A DNA stretch of 38,958 nt from Nitrospirota bacterium (GTDB lineage Bacteria > UBA2233). The stretch is taken from assembly GCA_011620345.1 (NCBI GenBank), contig WOZJ01000037.1, positions 1 through 38,958 of the forward strand, given 5' to 3'. How positions within the stretch are numbered: the first letter of the stretch is position 1; each line of letters opens with the position of its first letter. The notes under the pieces are model-generated. The model was not told where the DNA came from. It was given only the letters and a program-made list of their open reading frames with translations, and searched no databases. A program made the position numbers and the translations under genes. Shown piece after piece: positions 9,779-18,773 of this stretch.

Positions 9779-10664
9779 GGCGTTTTTGGGCAAGCTCTCG
9801 ATTGAGAGGGGCTACAGTAACCATACGATTGCCTCATACCAGTATGACCTGCAGGCATTCCTTGCGTTTTTGCGGGCTTACAGCCCCGACGAAAACCCGG
9901 TGGAAGCGCTAAAAACCCCGGAGGCGTTTGAAGCGTACTTTGCCGAGTTGACTAGCCAAGGCGCCGCTCCAAGCACGATGCTCCGTAGAAAAAGCTCTCT
10001 AAAGCGCTTTGTAGGTTTTCTCATCGAACAGGGCCTTGCAGCGGAAAACCCGCTTGAAGGTATCCGGGTGGCAAGACTCAAGCGGGCCTTGCCCCTCTTG
10101 CCCTCTAGGGAGCAGCTCGAAGCATTCTTTAAGAGGCTTCCCCCTCCTTGTGGACCCCTGGAAGTGAGGAACCGTTCTATCGCCGAGTTTTTCTATGCCG
10201 CAGGGCTCAGGGTAAGCGAGCTGACCGCGCTAAGGGTAGGCGACGTCCAAGATGATCCGCCGCACCTTAAGGTTTTTGGCAAGGGAAACAAAGAACGCGT
10301 CGTACCCCTTGGAGAAGTCGCACGGAAGAGCCTGGCGGCTTACCTGCAGCTACGCCCGTCATTCCTCAAGGGCCGCTCCGACACGCTCTTTTTGGGGGCG
10401 AGAGGGAAAGCCATGAGTCGGCAGGCGGTTTGGAAGGTGATCAAGCGGTTCGCTTTCTTTTGGCCGGAAGATGATGCGCTTTACCCTCATCTCCTTCGGC
10501 ACGCCTTTGCAAGTCACCTTTTGGAGGGAGGGGCCGACCTCCGAACGGTTCAAACGCTTCTGGGGCACAAAGACATCCAAACGACCGAAATCTACACGCA
10601 CATCGGCTTAGAGCACCTAAGGAAAGAGCTTGTCAAGGCGCACCCAAGGAAGCCATGCGGATAG
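9756..10664 (+). CDS. xerD: Tyrosine recombinase XerD/XerC
   Basis: Catalytic R-K-H-R-H-Y: GLRVSEL, GKGNKER, HLLRHAFASHLL, LLGH, TTEIYTH; N-terminal ERGYSNHT; core-gene context. Confidence 0.88.
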   Translation: MRLEIALEAFLGKLSIERGYSNHTIASYQYDLQAFLAFLRAYSPDENPVEALKTPEAFEAYFAELTSQGAAPSTMLRRKSSLKRFVGFLIEQGLAAENPLEGIRVARLKRALPLLPSREQLEAFFKRLPPPCGPLEVRNRSIAEFFYAAGLRVSELTALRVGDVQDDPPHLKVFGKGNKERVVPLGEVARKSLAAYLQLRPSFLKGRSDTLFLGARGKAMSRQAVWKVIKRFAFFWPEDDALYPHLLRHAFASHLLEGGADLRTVQTLLGHKDIQTTEIYTHIGLEHLRKELVKAHPRKPCG

Positions 10665-13306
10665 TAACCACCCACGTTTACGCCGATTTTGACGCGCTAG
10701 CCAGCGCTACGGCTGCAGTCGCCCTCTATGCTGAAGCATGCCTGTTTATCCCAAAACCCAAGGCCAGGAATGTCGAGGCATTCCTTAAAGAGCATCCAGA
10801 GTTTGCCCCAAAAGAGGTGCTCTTCGACCAGATCGATCCGAACGCTATCGAAGGCGTTGTCGTTGTCGATACTTCCGACGTTTCACGCCTCGGCGAGCTT
10901 GGCCCGTGGATCGAGCAAGCAGGGCCACCTCTTGTGTTCATCGACCATCATCCCCATCCCAAGGGCTTACCCCCTTCCCTTAAAACAGACATACGCGCCC
11001 CTGTTGGGGCTTGCAGCAGTCTTGTCGTCCGCCTTTTAAAAGAAAAAGGCCTATTGATCGGCCAAACCTTGGCGAACCTCCTTTTGCTCGGGGTTTACGA
11101 AGACACGGGCGGGTTGATGAATGTCTCGACTACGCAGGAAGATTTTGAGGCCTGCGCTTGGCTTCTTGGGCAAGGCGCAAGGGTAGGGTTTGTCCGTTCG
11201 ATCTTGGCAAGAAGCCTTACGCTCTCCGAGCTCGAAATCTTGCACCGCCTTAAGTCCGCAGCGCGGTTTATCCAGCTAAACGGAAGCCGGCTTTTGCTTT
11301 CTCACGCCGAAGTCGTTGGGCATGAAGGGGAGCTGAGCCACCTTGTCCAGGAAATACTAGATATTAGCCATGCCAGTGCCGCCATTGCGATCTTTGAGTG
11401 TGAGGGCCGGATGCTCGTCGTAGGTAGGAGCGTAAGCGATACCGTCCGGCTAGACGGGCTTTTTGTCGAGCTTGGCGGCGGGGGCCATCCTACAGCGGCA
11501 AGCGCCTCTTTGCCTGGGCAGACGCTGGTGGATTCCAGGGTTCGGATCGAGGCGCTTGTCCAAAAGCACCTTGTCAAGGCCATGCGGGCCGAGGAGGTTA
11601 TGTCCGCCCCCCCGATCTCCGTCCTTTCCGGGCAGCAGATCGAGGAAGCCCTCTTGACTATGAACCGCTACGCCGTAAACGGGCTCGTCGTCTTAGATCC
11701 CACCGGCCGTCTTGTCGGTCTATTTACGCGAATGATTGCGGAAAGGGCGCTCTATCACGGCCTCCACGGAGCCCATGTTGCAGATTTCATGATCACCGAA
11801 TTCGAAACCATCTCACCCTATGCGCCGCTCGACGAGGTAGGAGAGCTATTGGTACGTACAAGACAAAGGCTACTCCCTGTATTGCGGGATGGCCAGGTTA
11901 TCGGTGTTGTCACCCGAAAGGATTACCTAAGAGAAATGCTCAAACGGACGCGTGAACGGCCCGTAGACGCCCAAACACAAGAAGTGACGAAGCAGGTCAA
12001 GTCTCAGGCCGGAAAGCATCTGCCAGAAATCGTACGGGCAGTGTTCCTCGAGGCGGGACGGCTTGGCTTTGAGCTTGCCATGCCGGCCTACGCCGTAGGA
12101 GGTTTTGTGAGGGATTTGTTGCTCGGAACGCCCACTCTGGATTTCGACATCGTCGTGGTTGGGGACGGGCTTCGGTTTGCAAGTAAGCTCGCGGAACGTC
12201 TGGGGTGTAAAATGCGTCTTCACGAGGCTTTTGGAACGGCTTCACTCTACGTACGTCCGGACGTCAAGCTCGATATCGCGACTGCCAGGATAGAATCCTA
12301 CGAATATCCAGGTGCCTGGCCGAAGGTTGTTCGAAGCACGCTCAAACAGGATTTAGCAAGGCGCGATTTTACGGTGAACACGCTGGCGCTGGATTTGAGG
12401 CCCGAACGCTTCCTGGAGCTTGTGGACTTCTATGGGGGGCTTACGGACTTAAAGCATCGGCTTATTCGGGTATTGCATAACTTAAGCTTGGTCGAAGACC
12501 CAACCCGCGTGTTCCGGGCTTACAGGTTTGCGCTCCGGCTGGGGTTTAAGCTGAGCAAGGAAACAGAAAGGCTCATCAAGAAAGCGCTCGAACTAGGGTT
12601 CGTCGGCAAACTCGAGGGCGGGAGGGTTCTTAAAGAGCTGGGCCTCATCGCCTACGAGCCTAAGGCGATCGAGATCGTCGAGAAGCTAGGCTCGGAGGGG
12701 GTGTTGAGGGTCGTTGCGCCCGAACTGGATATTACACCCGAAAAAAAGCGCACGCTTCAAGGTTTAGGAAATGCCATCGTATGGTTTAGCTACAGCTTTC
12801 CAGATCAACATGTAGATACGTTGGCCCTTATCCTAGCCGCCCTTTTATGGGGAGAGAGGCCTGAGGCAAGGGGGGCTGCTTTACGGAGGCTTCAATCCCC
12901 CCCCCAGTTGCAATGCCTTGTCCAAAAGGTGTTTGAGCATGCAAGCGGGGCGCTGACAAGGCTTGAGTCGGCCAAAGGGGATGCCGTAGAAATTGACAAA
13001 GCACTTCGTGGGGTTCCCAAGGAGACGAGCTTGTTCATTATGGCGCTTACAAAGAACGAAGACGTTCGCGAGCACGTTGTCCATTATCTTCTCGTCCTCT
13101 CAAAGGTTTTTCCGGAGGTTCGAGGGAAGGATCTCGTTGCGCTCGGGTTCTCCCCATCCCCAAAAATCGGGAAAATCCTTGAAACCTTAAGGGCGCAAAA
13201 ATTACGAGGCAGGCTTTTGACCAAGCAAGAAGAGCTTTCTTGGGTCCTAAAACATTTCTGCCACGAGCTTCCTGACCTAACATGCGAAAAAAATATGCTA
13301 GGATAA
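10655..13306 (+). CDS. cca: tRNA nucleotidyltransferase with DHH/DHHA1 and CBS domains (CCA- or A-adding)
   Basis: H..ADFDA, IDHH, GGGGHPTAAS (DHH/DHHA1); CBS pair; VGGFVRDLL..DFDIVV, DLARRDFTVN, EDPTR. Confidence 0.9.
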   Translation: MRIVTTHVYADFDALASATAAVALYAEACLFIPKPKARNVEAFLKEHPEFAPKEVLFDQIDPNAIEGVVVVDTSDVSRLGELGPWIEQAGPPLVFIDHHPHPKGLPPSLKTDIRAPVGACSSLVVRLLKEKGLLIGQTLANLLLLGVYEDTGGLMNVSTTQEDFEACAWLLGQGARVGFVRSILARSLTLSELEILHRLKSAARFIQLNGSRLLLSHAEVVGHEGELSHLVQEILDISHASAAIAIFECEGRMLVVGRSVSDTVRLDGLFVELGGGGHPTAASASLPGQTLVDSRVRIEALVQKHLVKAMRAEEVMSAPPISVLSGQQIEEALLTMNRYAVNGLVVLDPTGRLVGLFTRMIAERALYHGLHGAHVADFMITEFETISPYAPLDEVGELLVRTRQRLLPVLRDGQVIGVVTRKDYLREMLKRTRERPVDAQTQEVTKQVKSQAGKHLPEIVRAVFLEAGRLGFELAMPAYAVGGFVRDLLLGTPTLDFDIVVVGDGLRFASKLAERLGCKMRLHEAFGTASLYVRPDVKLDIATARIESYEYPGAWPKVVRSTLKQDLARRDFTVNTLALDLRPERFLELVDFYGGLTDLKHRLIRVLHNLSLVEDPTRVFRAYRFALRLGFKLSKETERLIKKALELGFVGKLEGGRVLKELGLIAYEPKAIEIVEKLGSEGVLRVVAPELDITPEKKRTLQGLGNAIVWFSYSFPDQHVDTLALILAALLWGERPEARGAALRRLQSPPQLQCLVQKVFEHASGALTRLESAKGDAVEIDKALRGVPKETSLFIMALTKNEDVREHVVHYLLVLSKVFPEVRGKDLVALGFSPSPKIGKILETLRAQKLRGRLLTKQEELSWVLKHFCHELPDLTCEKNMLG

Positions 13307-13338
13307 CTGTCATCAGCATTTGGCCTGGAGGGGTGGGC

Positions 13339-14049
13339 ATGAAGAGACGATTTTGGGCGGCATTCTTTGTGGCATGGGCTATGTTCGGCGCTCAGGCAGG
13401 GCTTGCAAGAAACCAGGGTGGGGAATCGTTTCGGATTACAGGCTTTTATACGACAGGGGAGGAAGGAGTTACCGGCATGATCACGGGGCCCTTGTCGCAG
13501 ACGCTCACCATTCCCTCGACGCTGACAACGCAAGCACCCGAATTCGTTCCGCTGCCCGGAGGGGGAGGGGTAGGAGTAGGGGTTCCCGTCGGTAGCAACT
13601 TGGTCATTCCTCCAGAAACACTGGAGCAATTACGGGTGACGAGGCCGGAGGTCAGCGTCGGGCTCGAGAACAACATGATTAATCAAGGGATTACACTCGA
13701 GCGTTTTCATATGCGCTACGATATAGTTACAGAGGATGGCGAGCTCTTTTCGGGGTTTGTCCCGGATTGGGACTACTACGCGACGGTCTATCTTCCCCCT
13801 GCTCAGCCTACGCAGCCCGGCCAAGAATCTGGCATTCGCACGCAGTTGGGGGGGCAAGAGCAGAACCGTTCGCTGACGACTGTCCTGTTGGTCGGCCCCC
13901 AGACCGTGCGCTTCCTGCTCGATCACCTAAGCGATCTACCCGGGTTTCCGTTTGAGATGATCGTCCGCGTCAAGTCTTTCGGGCGGGGGGACAACGGCAA
14001 GACGTACGAGACGCCGGAAGCGGTCATGACAATCCTCTGGATTGCTTAA
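13339..14049 (+). CDS. Uncharacterised exported protein
   Basis: GGAGGGG RBS; Sec-type signal MKRRFWAAFFVAWAMFGAQAGLA; Thr/Gly/Pro-rich, beta-rich mature part; in operon order. Confidence 0.75.
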   Translation: MKRRFWAAFFVAWAMFGAQAGLARNQGGESFRITGFYTTGEEGVTGMITGPLSQTLTIPSTLTTQAPEFVPLPGGGGVGVGVPVGSNLVIPPETLEQLRVTRPEVSVGLENNMINQGITLERFHMRYDIVTEDGELFSGFVPDWDYYATVYLPPAQPTQPGQESGIRTQLGGQEQNRSLTTVLLVGPQTVRFLLDHLSDLPGFPFEMIVRVKSFGRGDNGKTYETPEAVMTILWIA

Positions 14050-14060
14050 AGGGGGATAGG

Positions 14061-14903
14061 ATGATGCGATTAAAAGGGTGGCTTTTAGTCATGTTGGCTT
14101 TGGGCGTGGTTTTTGGTGGGTCATCGCGGGCGGTAGCCGCTCCTAGGGCTACCCTAACCCTCGAGGCTAGGACGAGCTGTGAGGGCGAAGTTAGGGAGTT
14201 TTGCTACGATTTGGAAGATTGGTTCTTTGGTAGGCCAAACCCATACTGGATTGATTATGTCGCAACGCTCCGCTCTCCTGAGGGCGTACCGCTTAGTGGT
14301 GTTCCTATCATCTTTCTTGTCGATGATGAAGTGAAAGCCCAAAAGAGCACAGATTCAAACGGGCAAGCTAAATATAGCTTTGAAACAGAAGACGAAGATG
14401 AATTCAAAGCTCAGGCAATCGTTGGTTCGTATTATGAAGACGAGGAAGGGGTAGTTCGGTTTAACCGTGATGTTCAAGTTTGGAATGTGACGAGCAACAG
14501 GGTTACTGTAGAAATCGAGATTCCAGAGCTTGCCCCCGACCTTCCAAGGCCGCCGGTTTCAACGGGAGACATTGGCGTCGACAACAGCGAGTTGGAATTC
14601 AAGAACGCCTCGCTTTCCGGCGGCGACTGGAAATATATCCGCGTAGTTTCCGGGACTCCGCCTTTTCAATGGGACAACGTTTACAAAGAGTACGGAGAGA
14701 TTGCCCCAAGAGGGCTTTGGGGGGAGATGGGCATTTATACCGTCCAGCCGAGGACATTGGGCCTTCTGAACGCAGACCTTTTGATTGATGCCAAACCCGT
14801 AACGGATACGGTAATAGTTACGGATGCAAGTGGAAACCGGACCGAGGTACAGGTTACGATAGATTATTTGACCTTCGATGACGTTTCTGGTCAGCTTCCG
14901 TAA
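14061..14903 (+). CDS. Uncharacterised exported acidic protein with bacterial Ig-like segment(s)
   Basis: GGGGG RBS; signal peptide ending ..AVA; Big_1-like ATLRSPEGVPLSGVPIIF...TDSNGQAKY; C-terminal DTVIVTDASGNRTEVQVTI. Confidence 0.7.
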   Translation: MMRLKGWLLVMLALGVVFGGSSRAVAAPRATLTLEARTSCEGEVREFCYDLEDWFFGRPNPYWIDYVATLRSPEGVPLSGVPIIFLVDDEVKAQKSTDSNGQAKYSFETEDEDEFKAQAIVGSYYEDEEGVVRFNRDVQVWNVTSNRVTVEIEIPELAPDLPRPPVSTGDIGVDNSELEFKNASLSGGDWKYIRVVSGTPPFQWDNVYKEYGEIAPRGLWGEMGIYTVQPRTLGLLNADLLIDAKPVTDTVIVTDASGNRTEVQVTIDYLTFDDVSGQLP

Positions 14904-15737
14904 ATGCAAGGCGACCAAGGCATGCCCGAGAACGAAGGCGGCATTCGTGTCCAAAAGGTCTTGGCCATACGGGGCGGAATATCCCGTCGTAAGGCCGATG
15001 CGTTGGTTCAGGCCGGGAAAGTCCGGCTTCCGGACGGGAGGCTCCTTAAGACAGGGGACAAAATAGACCCAAAGTCCATCCTTTGGGTCGAGGGTCGTCC
15101 GCTTGAAAGGCTTGGAATTGAAAAATTCTACTTTGCCTTCTATAAACCCAAGGGAGTCGTCAGTACGTTCGAGCCCTCGAAGGACCACGCAACGCTTGCA
15201 AAAAGCTTTCCTATCAAGGCCCCCCATCTTTTTTCCGTAGGAAGGCTGGATGCGATAGCGGAAGGGCTCCTATTGGTGACCAACGACGGAGAGTTCGCCA
15301 ACCGCGTATCCCATCCGCGTTACGGCATACCCAAGGAATACCTTGTCAAGGTTCAAGGTAAGCTCGGTCCAGGGGCCTTGCAGGCGGTTCTACAGGGCGT
15401 CTGGGATGCCGGCGAGTTGCTAAAGCCGTCATCAGTCTCGATCGTTTCGGAAGTCAGGAAAAACCAATGGCTTAGTGTCGTGATGCGCGAGGGGAAATAC
15501 CACGAGGTTCGAAGGCTTTTTGGCCATCAAGGATATTTCGTCCTAAAAATCAAACGGGTACGGGTTGGCCCTGTCATGCTTGGAGCGCTTCAGCCTGGAC
15601 AAGCCCGCCCCCTTTCTACCAAAGAGGTTCGTGGGCTTCTAAGCCCAAGCTTGGCCGAATCGGGGGCAATCCCTAGCCCAAAAGAGCGCTCTTGGCGCAG
15701 ACATCAAAAAGTCTCTCCCCTCAAAGCCTTATCCTAG
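14904..15737 (+). CDS. rluB: RsuA-family rRNA pseudouridine synthase (RluB-like)
   Basis: S4 domain (RVQKVLA..GISRRKAD), YKPKGVV, catalytic VGRLD, EGLLLVTNDG, HPRY; alternative start at 14922. Confidence 0.85.
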   Translation: MQGDQGMPENEGGIRVQKVLAIRGGISRRKADALVQAGKVRLPDGRLLKTGDKIDPKSILWVEGRPLERLGIEKFYFAFYKPKGVVSTFEPSKDHATLAKSFPIKAPHLFSVGRLDAIAEGLLLVTNDGEFANRVSHPRYGIPKEYLVKVQGKLGPGALQAVLQGVWDAGELLKPSSVSIVSEVRKNQWLSVVMREGKYHEVRRLFGHQGYFVLKIKRVRVGPVMLGALQPGQARPLSTKEVRGLLSPSLAESGAIPSPKERSWRRHQKVSPLKALS

Positions 15738-15738
15738 C

Positions 15739-15766
15739 TTGACAGAATTGCCTATCTGGGTATAAT
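15739..15766 (+). promoter_or_regulatory. sigma70 promoter of dksA
   Basis: Perfect hexamers TTGACA-16 nt-TATAAT. Confidence 0.75.
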
Positions 15767-15809
15767 CAATCCTTCTTGTGCTCGCTTAGACTGAAAAAAA
15801 GAGGGGTAT

Positions 15810-16253
15810 ATGCCAATGCTCGAGAAAGAAAAACTTGCGTATTTCGAGAAGCTCCTTCAGTCTATGCGCAAGGAACTTCTGAGGGAATCGCTTAAGAAGC
15901 GGCTCGATGAGGTGGACGACGAATCCGAGGTGGCGAAGGACCCGGTCGATATCGCATCCGACGAGCGGGGGAAGGACCTTTCGTTGATCTTGTCCGATAG
16001 GGACCAAGAGAAGCTCGAGGCGATCGATGAGGCCCTTGAACGAATACGCCACAAAGCTTACGGGATCTGTTCGGAATGCGGCAAAGACATCCCTGAAGGG
16101 CGCCTCAAGATTATGCCTACCGCATCCTTGTGCGTTGAATGCAAAGAAGAGATCGAGCGCGAAGAGCAATTAAGGCCGTTCTTGGGAAGCGGAGAAAAGT
16201 ATCTAAGGCCTTTCGACGTCCAAGGGCAACCGCACGAGGAAGAGGAGGCTTAA
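15810..16253 (+). CDS. dksA: DksA/TraR-family C4 zinc-finger RNA polymerase-binding protein
   Basis: Coiled-coil tip DPVDIA (DxxDxA), IDEALERI..KAYGICSECG..IPEGRL...P.A.LCVEC; GAGGGG RBS. Confidence 0.85.
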   Translation: MPMLEKEKLAYFEKLLQSMRKELLRESLKKRLDEVDDESEVAKDPVDIASDERGKDLSLILSDRDQEKLEAIDEALERIRHKAYGICSECGKDIPEGRLKIMPTASLCVECKEEIEREEQLRPFLGSGEKYLRPFDVQGQPHEEEEA

Positions 16254-17254
16254 GGGATCGAGGTCTTCCTCAGGGTGCGAATGTGGGCCAGGTGTTCGGC
16301 GTAACTTTTGGCAAAACTGTGGTATCCGTCTTTTTTGGCCACAAAATAAAGGTAGGGAGTGTTTGCCGGATTGGCTGCCGCATGGAGCGCCGCCTTCGAA
16401 GGGTTGCAGATGGGCCCCTTAGGCAACCCAACAATCCTGTAGGTGTTGTATGGGCTCGGGCGTTTGAGGTGCTCGGGTAAGACAGGACCTTTATATCTTG
16501 GAGAAAGGTCATAAACGGCCGTAGGGTCCGCTTGTAAGGGCATGCCGAGTCTGAGGCGGTTGTGAAACACGCTCGCGATGAGCGGCATTTCCTCGGGATG
16601 AGGGGTTTCGCGCTCGATGATCGACCCAAGCGTTACGAGGTTTTTGAGGTTAAGCCCGTGTAAGCCCGCCTTGGCAAGGAGGGTCGTGTCGACTTGCTTG
16701 AAGAACTCCTGCACCATGGGACGTACGATCTGGGCGAGCCCTTGGCGCCTTTCGATGCGGTAGGTTTCGGGATAAAGAAAACCCTCGAGCGAGTCGAGCT
16801 CGGAAGGGATCATGCTGTGGAGCGACCGGATGAACGCCTTATCCCTTAGTTGGTCGCATGTTTTTTGGGCAGGGAAAAAGCCGAGAGCCTCTAGGCTTGA
16901 GGCAAGGTCATAGAGAGTTTCCCCTTCTTTGAGCGTTAAGAGGTATGTTTTGACCTCTCCTCTGTAGAGTTTGGTAACTACTTGGTGCAATCCTACGGGC
17001 TCTAGGAAGGCATACTCCCCCCATTGGAGCTTCCCCTTCTTCCCTGTTGCTATTACGTATACGAGAAAGGCAAGCTTGCTCCGGATGATTGAGGCTTTCT
17101 CGAGGATCTCTGCGATCTTGGTGCTCGAGGATCCTTTGGGGATAAAAACCTGCCTCCCCGCGGCTTTTTTGTAGGGGACGAAGGCGGTATAGGCAGCAAG
17201 GATCCCCGAAAAGATCAGAAAAAGGGCAAAAACAGTAAGGGCAACCCGTTTCAT
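16250..17254 (-). CDS. mltG: Endolytic peptidoglycan transglycosylase MltG (YceG family)
   Basis: N-terminal TM; LEGFLYPETY, SIIERET, VFHNRL..GMPLQADPT, SPYNTY..GLPKGPICNP, YLYFVA; ATGA overlap with the gph stop. Confidence 0.92.
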   Translation of the reverse strand: MKRVALTVFALFLIFSGILAAYTAFVPYKKAAGRQVFIPKGSSSTKIAEILEKASIIRSKLAFLVYVIATGKKGKLQWGEYAFLEPVGLHQVVTKLYRGEVKTYLLTLKEGETLYDLASSLEALGFFPAQKTCDQLRDKAFIRSLHSMIPSELDSLEGFLYPETYRIERRQGLAQIVRPMVQEFFKQVDTTLLAKAGLHGLNLKNLVTLGSIIERETPHPEEMPLIASVFHNRLRLGMPLQADPTAVYDLSPRYKGPVLPEHLKRPSPYNTYRIVGLPKGPICNPSKAALHAAANPANTPYLYFVAKKDGYHSFAKSYAEHLAHIRTLRKTSIP

Positions 17255-17916
17255 CGGGGCATGCTGAGCAGCTTTGCCAAGTCGTTGGGGCTTCGCACGA
17301 TGATGTCCGGGTTTGCCCGCTCGATTTCCTCTGGGGTTCCGAAACCCCAAAGTACGGCTACCGTCTGCAAGCCTGCCCGCCTGCCCGCCTCTATGTCGTA
17401 CCGTGAATCTCCGACGATTACGGCACGTTCAGGAGGAAGGCCAAGCAAGTGAAGGGCGTACAAAAGAGGCTCGGGGTTGGGTTTTTTCTGCCCGGTATCT
17501 TCCGGGGTAACGATCGCTCCAAAACGGCCCGAAATGCCAAGGCCTTCGAGCAACGGAAGCGTGAACATGCGGGCCTTGTTCGTGACGATGCCTGCTTGGT
17601 TTCGTTGTAAGGTTTTGATAATTGGCTCAAGGCCTTCAAAAATATGGGTATGATCCAAGAGGTGCTTTCTATAGTAGGAGATAAAGGACTCCTTCGCCTG
17701 CCTGAACAAGTCTGGGTCTTCGGTTCCCAGGATGCTTCGGATTAAGCTGTCCACTCCAAGCCCTACATGAGCTTGAACGGCCTCATTGGAAAGCGAGGGC
17801 AGGCCAATGGAAGCCCGAGCGGCGTTTGCAGCCGAGGCCAAATCCCGTTTCGAGTCGACGAGCGTGCCGTCTAGGTCGAACAACAGCGCTTTTTCTCTTA
17901 ATCGAAAGGTCACCAT
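17251..17916 (-). CDS. gph: HAD-family phosphatase (phosphoglycolate phosphatase-like)
   Basis: FDLDGTLVDS motif I, VTNK, KKPNPEP, VGDSRYDIEAG. Confidence 0.82.
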   Translation of the reverse strand: MVTFRLREKALLFDLDGTLVDSKRDLASAANAARASIGLPSLSNEAVQAHVGLGVDSLIRSILGTEDPDLFRQAKESFISYYRKHLLDHTHIFEGLEPIIKTLQRNQAGIVTNKARMFTLPLLEGLGISGRFGAIVTPEDTGQKKPNPEPLLYALHLLGLPPERAVIVGDSRYDIEAGRRAGLQTVAVLWGFGTPEEIERANPDIIVRSPNDLAKLLSMPR

Positions 17917-17986
17917 TCTTTTGCTAGCGTAGCTGGCGATGCTCCCCTTTGCAACCTTTCCGGCGTTTTGTTGATCAATTTTCCTT

Positions 17987-18004
17987 TGTGTTATTATAAA
18001 CACA
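17987..18004. promoter_or_regulatory. Inverted repeat overlapping an extended -10 upstream of the tsaP-like/dprA operon
   Basis: TGTGTT-ATTATA-AACACA; TGtTATTAT at 17989-17997 in the divergent intergenic region. Confidence 0.35.
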
Positions 18005-18029
18005 CAATTTGTTTTTCAAGGGGGTGAGC

Positions 18030-18761
18030 ATGAGGGCGCTCGGTGTTGTTACCCTGACGGTATTTTTGTTGACCTTCCAGTTTGAGAGCGCGCCCGCCAT
18101 CGAGCTGGATCGCGCAAGGCTTCCTTACTACGGAAGTTTTCCGTTCGAGCGTATCGGAAAAACGGGGGATTCTTACGGAGAAAAGCAATTGCTTTCCTTG
18201 GGCGACGAGCTCATGCTCACCCTCGAAGCGGGAAAGACCCTCAAGCAAGGCCTTCCTTACCTTGTTGCCAAGACCCAAGCCCCATGGAAAGCTTCGTTTT
18301 ACGAGCCTATAGCCGTTGTCCGGCCTCTGTTCAAGGATGGAAGGTCGGCTTACGTCGGAGAGGTTGTAGAAATCTTCGGCCTGCTCGATGCAAGTCAAAC
18401 TTATGGCCTCTACGACATCGGCTCAAGACCTAGGCGTATGCAAGTACAGTCTACTGTTTCAAGCCATACTGCCGAAGGGAAGGTGGAAGTCGTGTACGGC
18501 TCGTCAAGGACAGCCTCGGTCGGCCAGTATGTGGGTGCCACGCTAAGTGAGATTCCAAGGCCTTCTCTCGATCCAGGAACGAAGGTATATTTTTATTCCA
18601 AGCCGTCTTGGTGGAAAGAAGCGTTCAGACGCTCCAAGCCACCTAAGGTGTACGCAGAAGGGCTTGTGGTTTTCATGGTAGAAAAAAAGGCTACGATCCT
18701 CCTGACCCATGGCGAGAATGTAGTCAAGCCTGGGGCCAGGGTTACGACGGTTTTATACTAG
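18030..18761 (+). CDS. Exported protein upstream of dprA (possible LysM-less TsaP-like protein)
   Basis: GGGGG RBS; signal peptide; C-terminal beta pattern G.VVF..EKKATILL....VVKPGARV; position directly upstream of dprA. Confidence 0.6.
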   Translation: MRALGVVTLTVFLLTFQFESAPAIELDRARLPYYGSFPFERIGKTGDSYGEKQLLSLGDELMLTLEAGKTLKQGLPYLVAKTQAPWKASFYEPIAVVRPLFKDGRSAYVGEVVEIFGLLDASQTYGLYDIGSRPRRMQVQSTVSSHTAEGKVEVVYGSSRTASVGQYVGATLSEIPRPSLDPGTKVYFYSKPSWWKEAFRRSKPPKVYAEGLVVFMVEKKATILLTHGENVVKPGARVTTVLY

Positions 18762-18773
18762 GCATTCCCTTAG

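Noticed and set aside
9756-10664. Phage or island integrase
   Set aside because: Xer-type sequence overlapping glnD and cca in a core operon; no att sites or cargo genes seen
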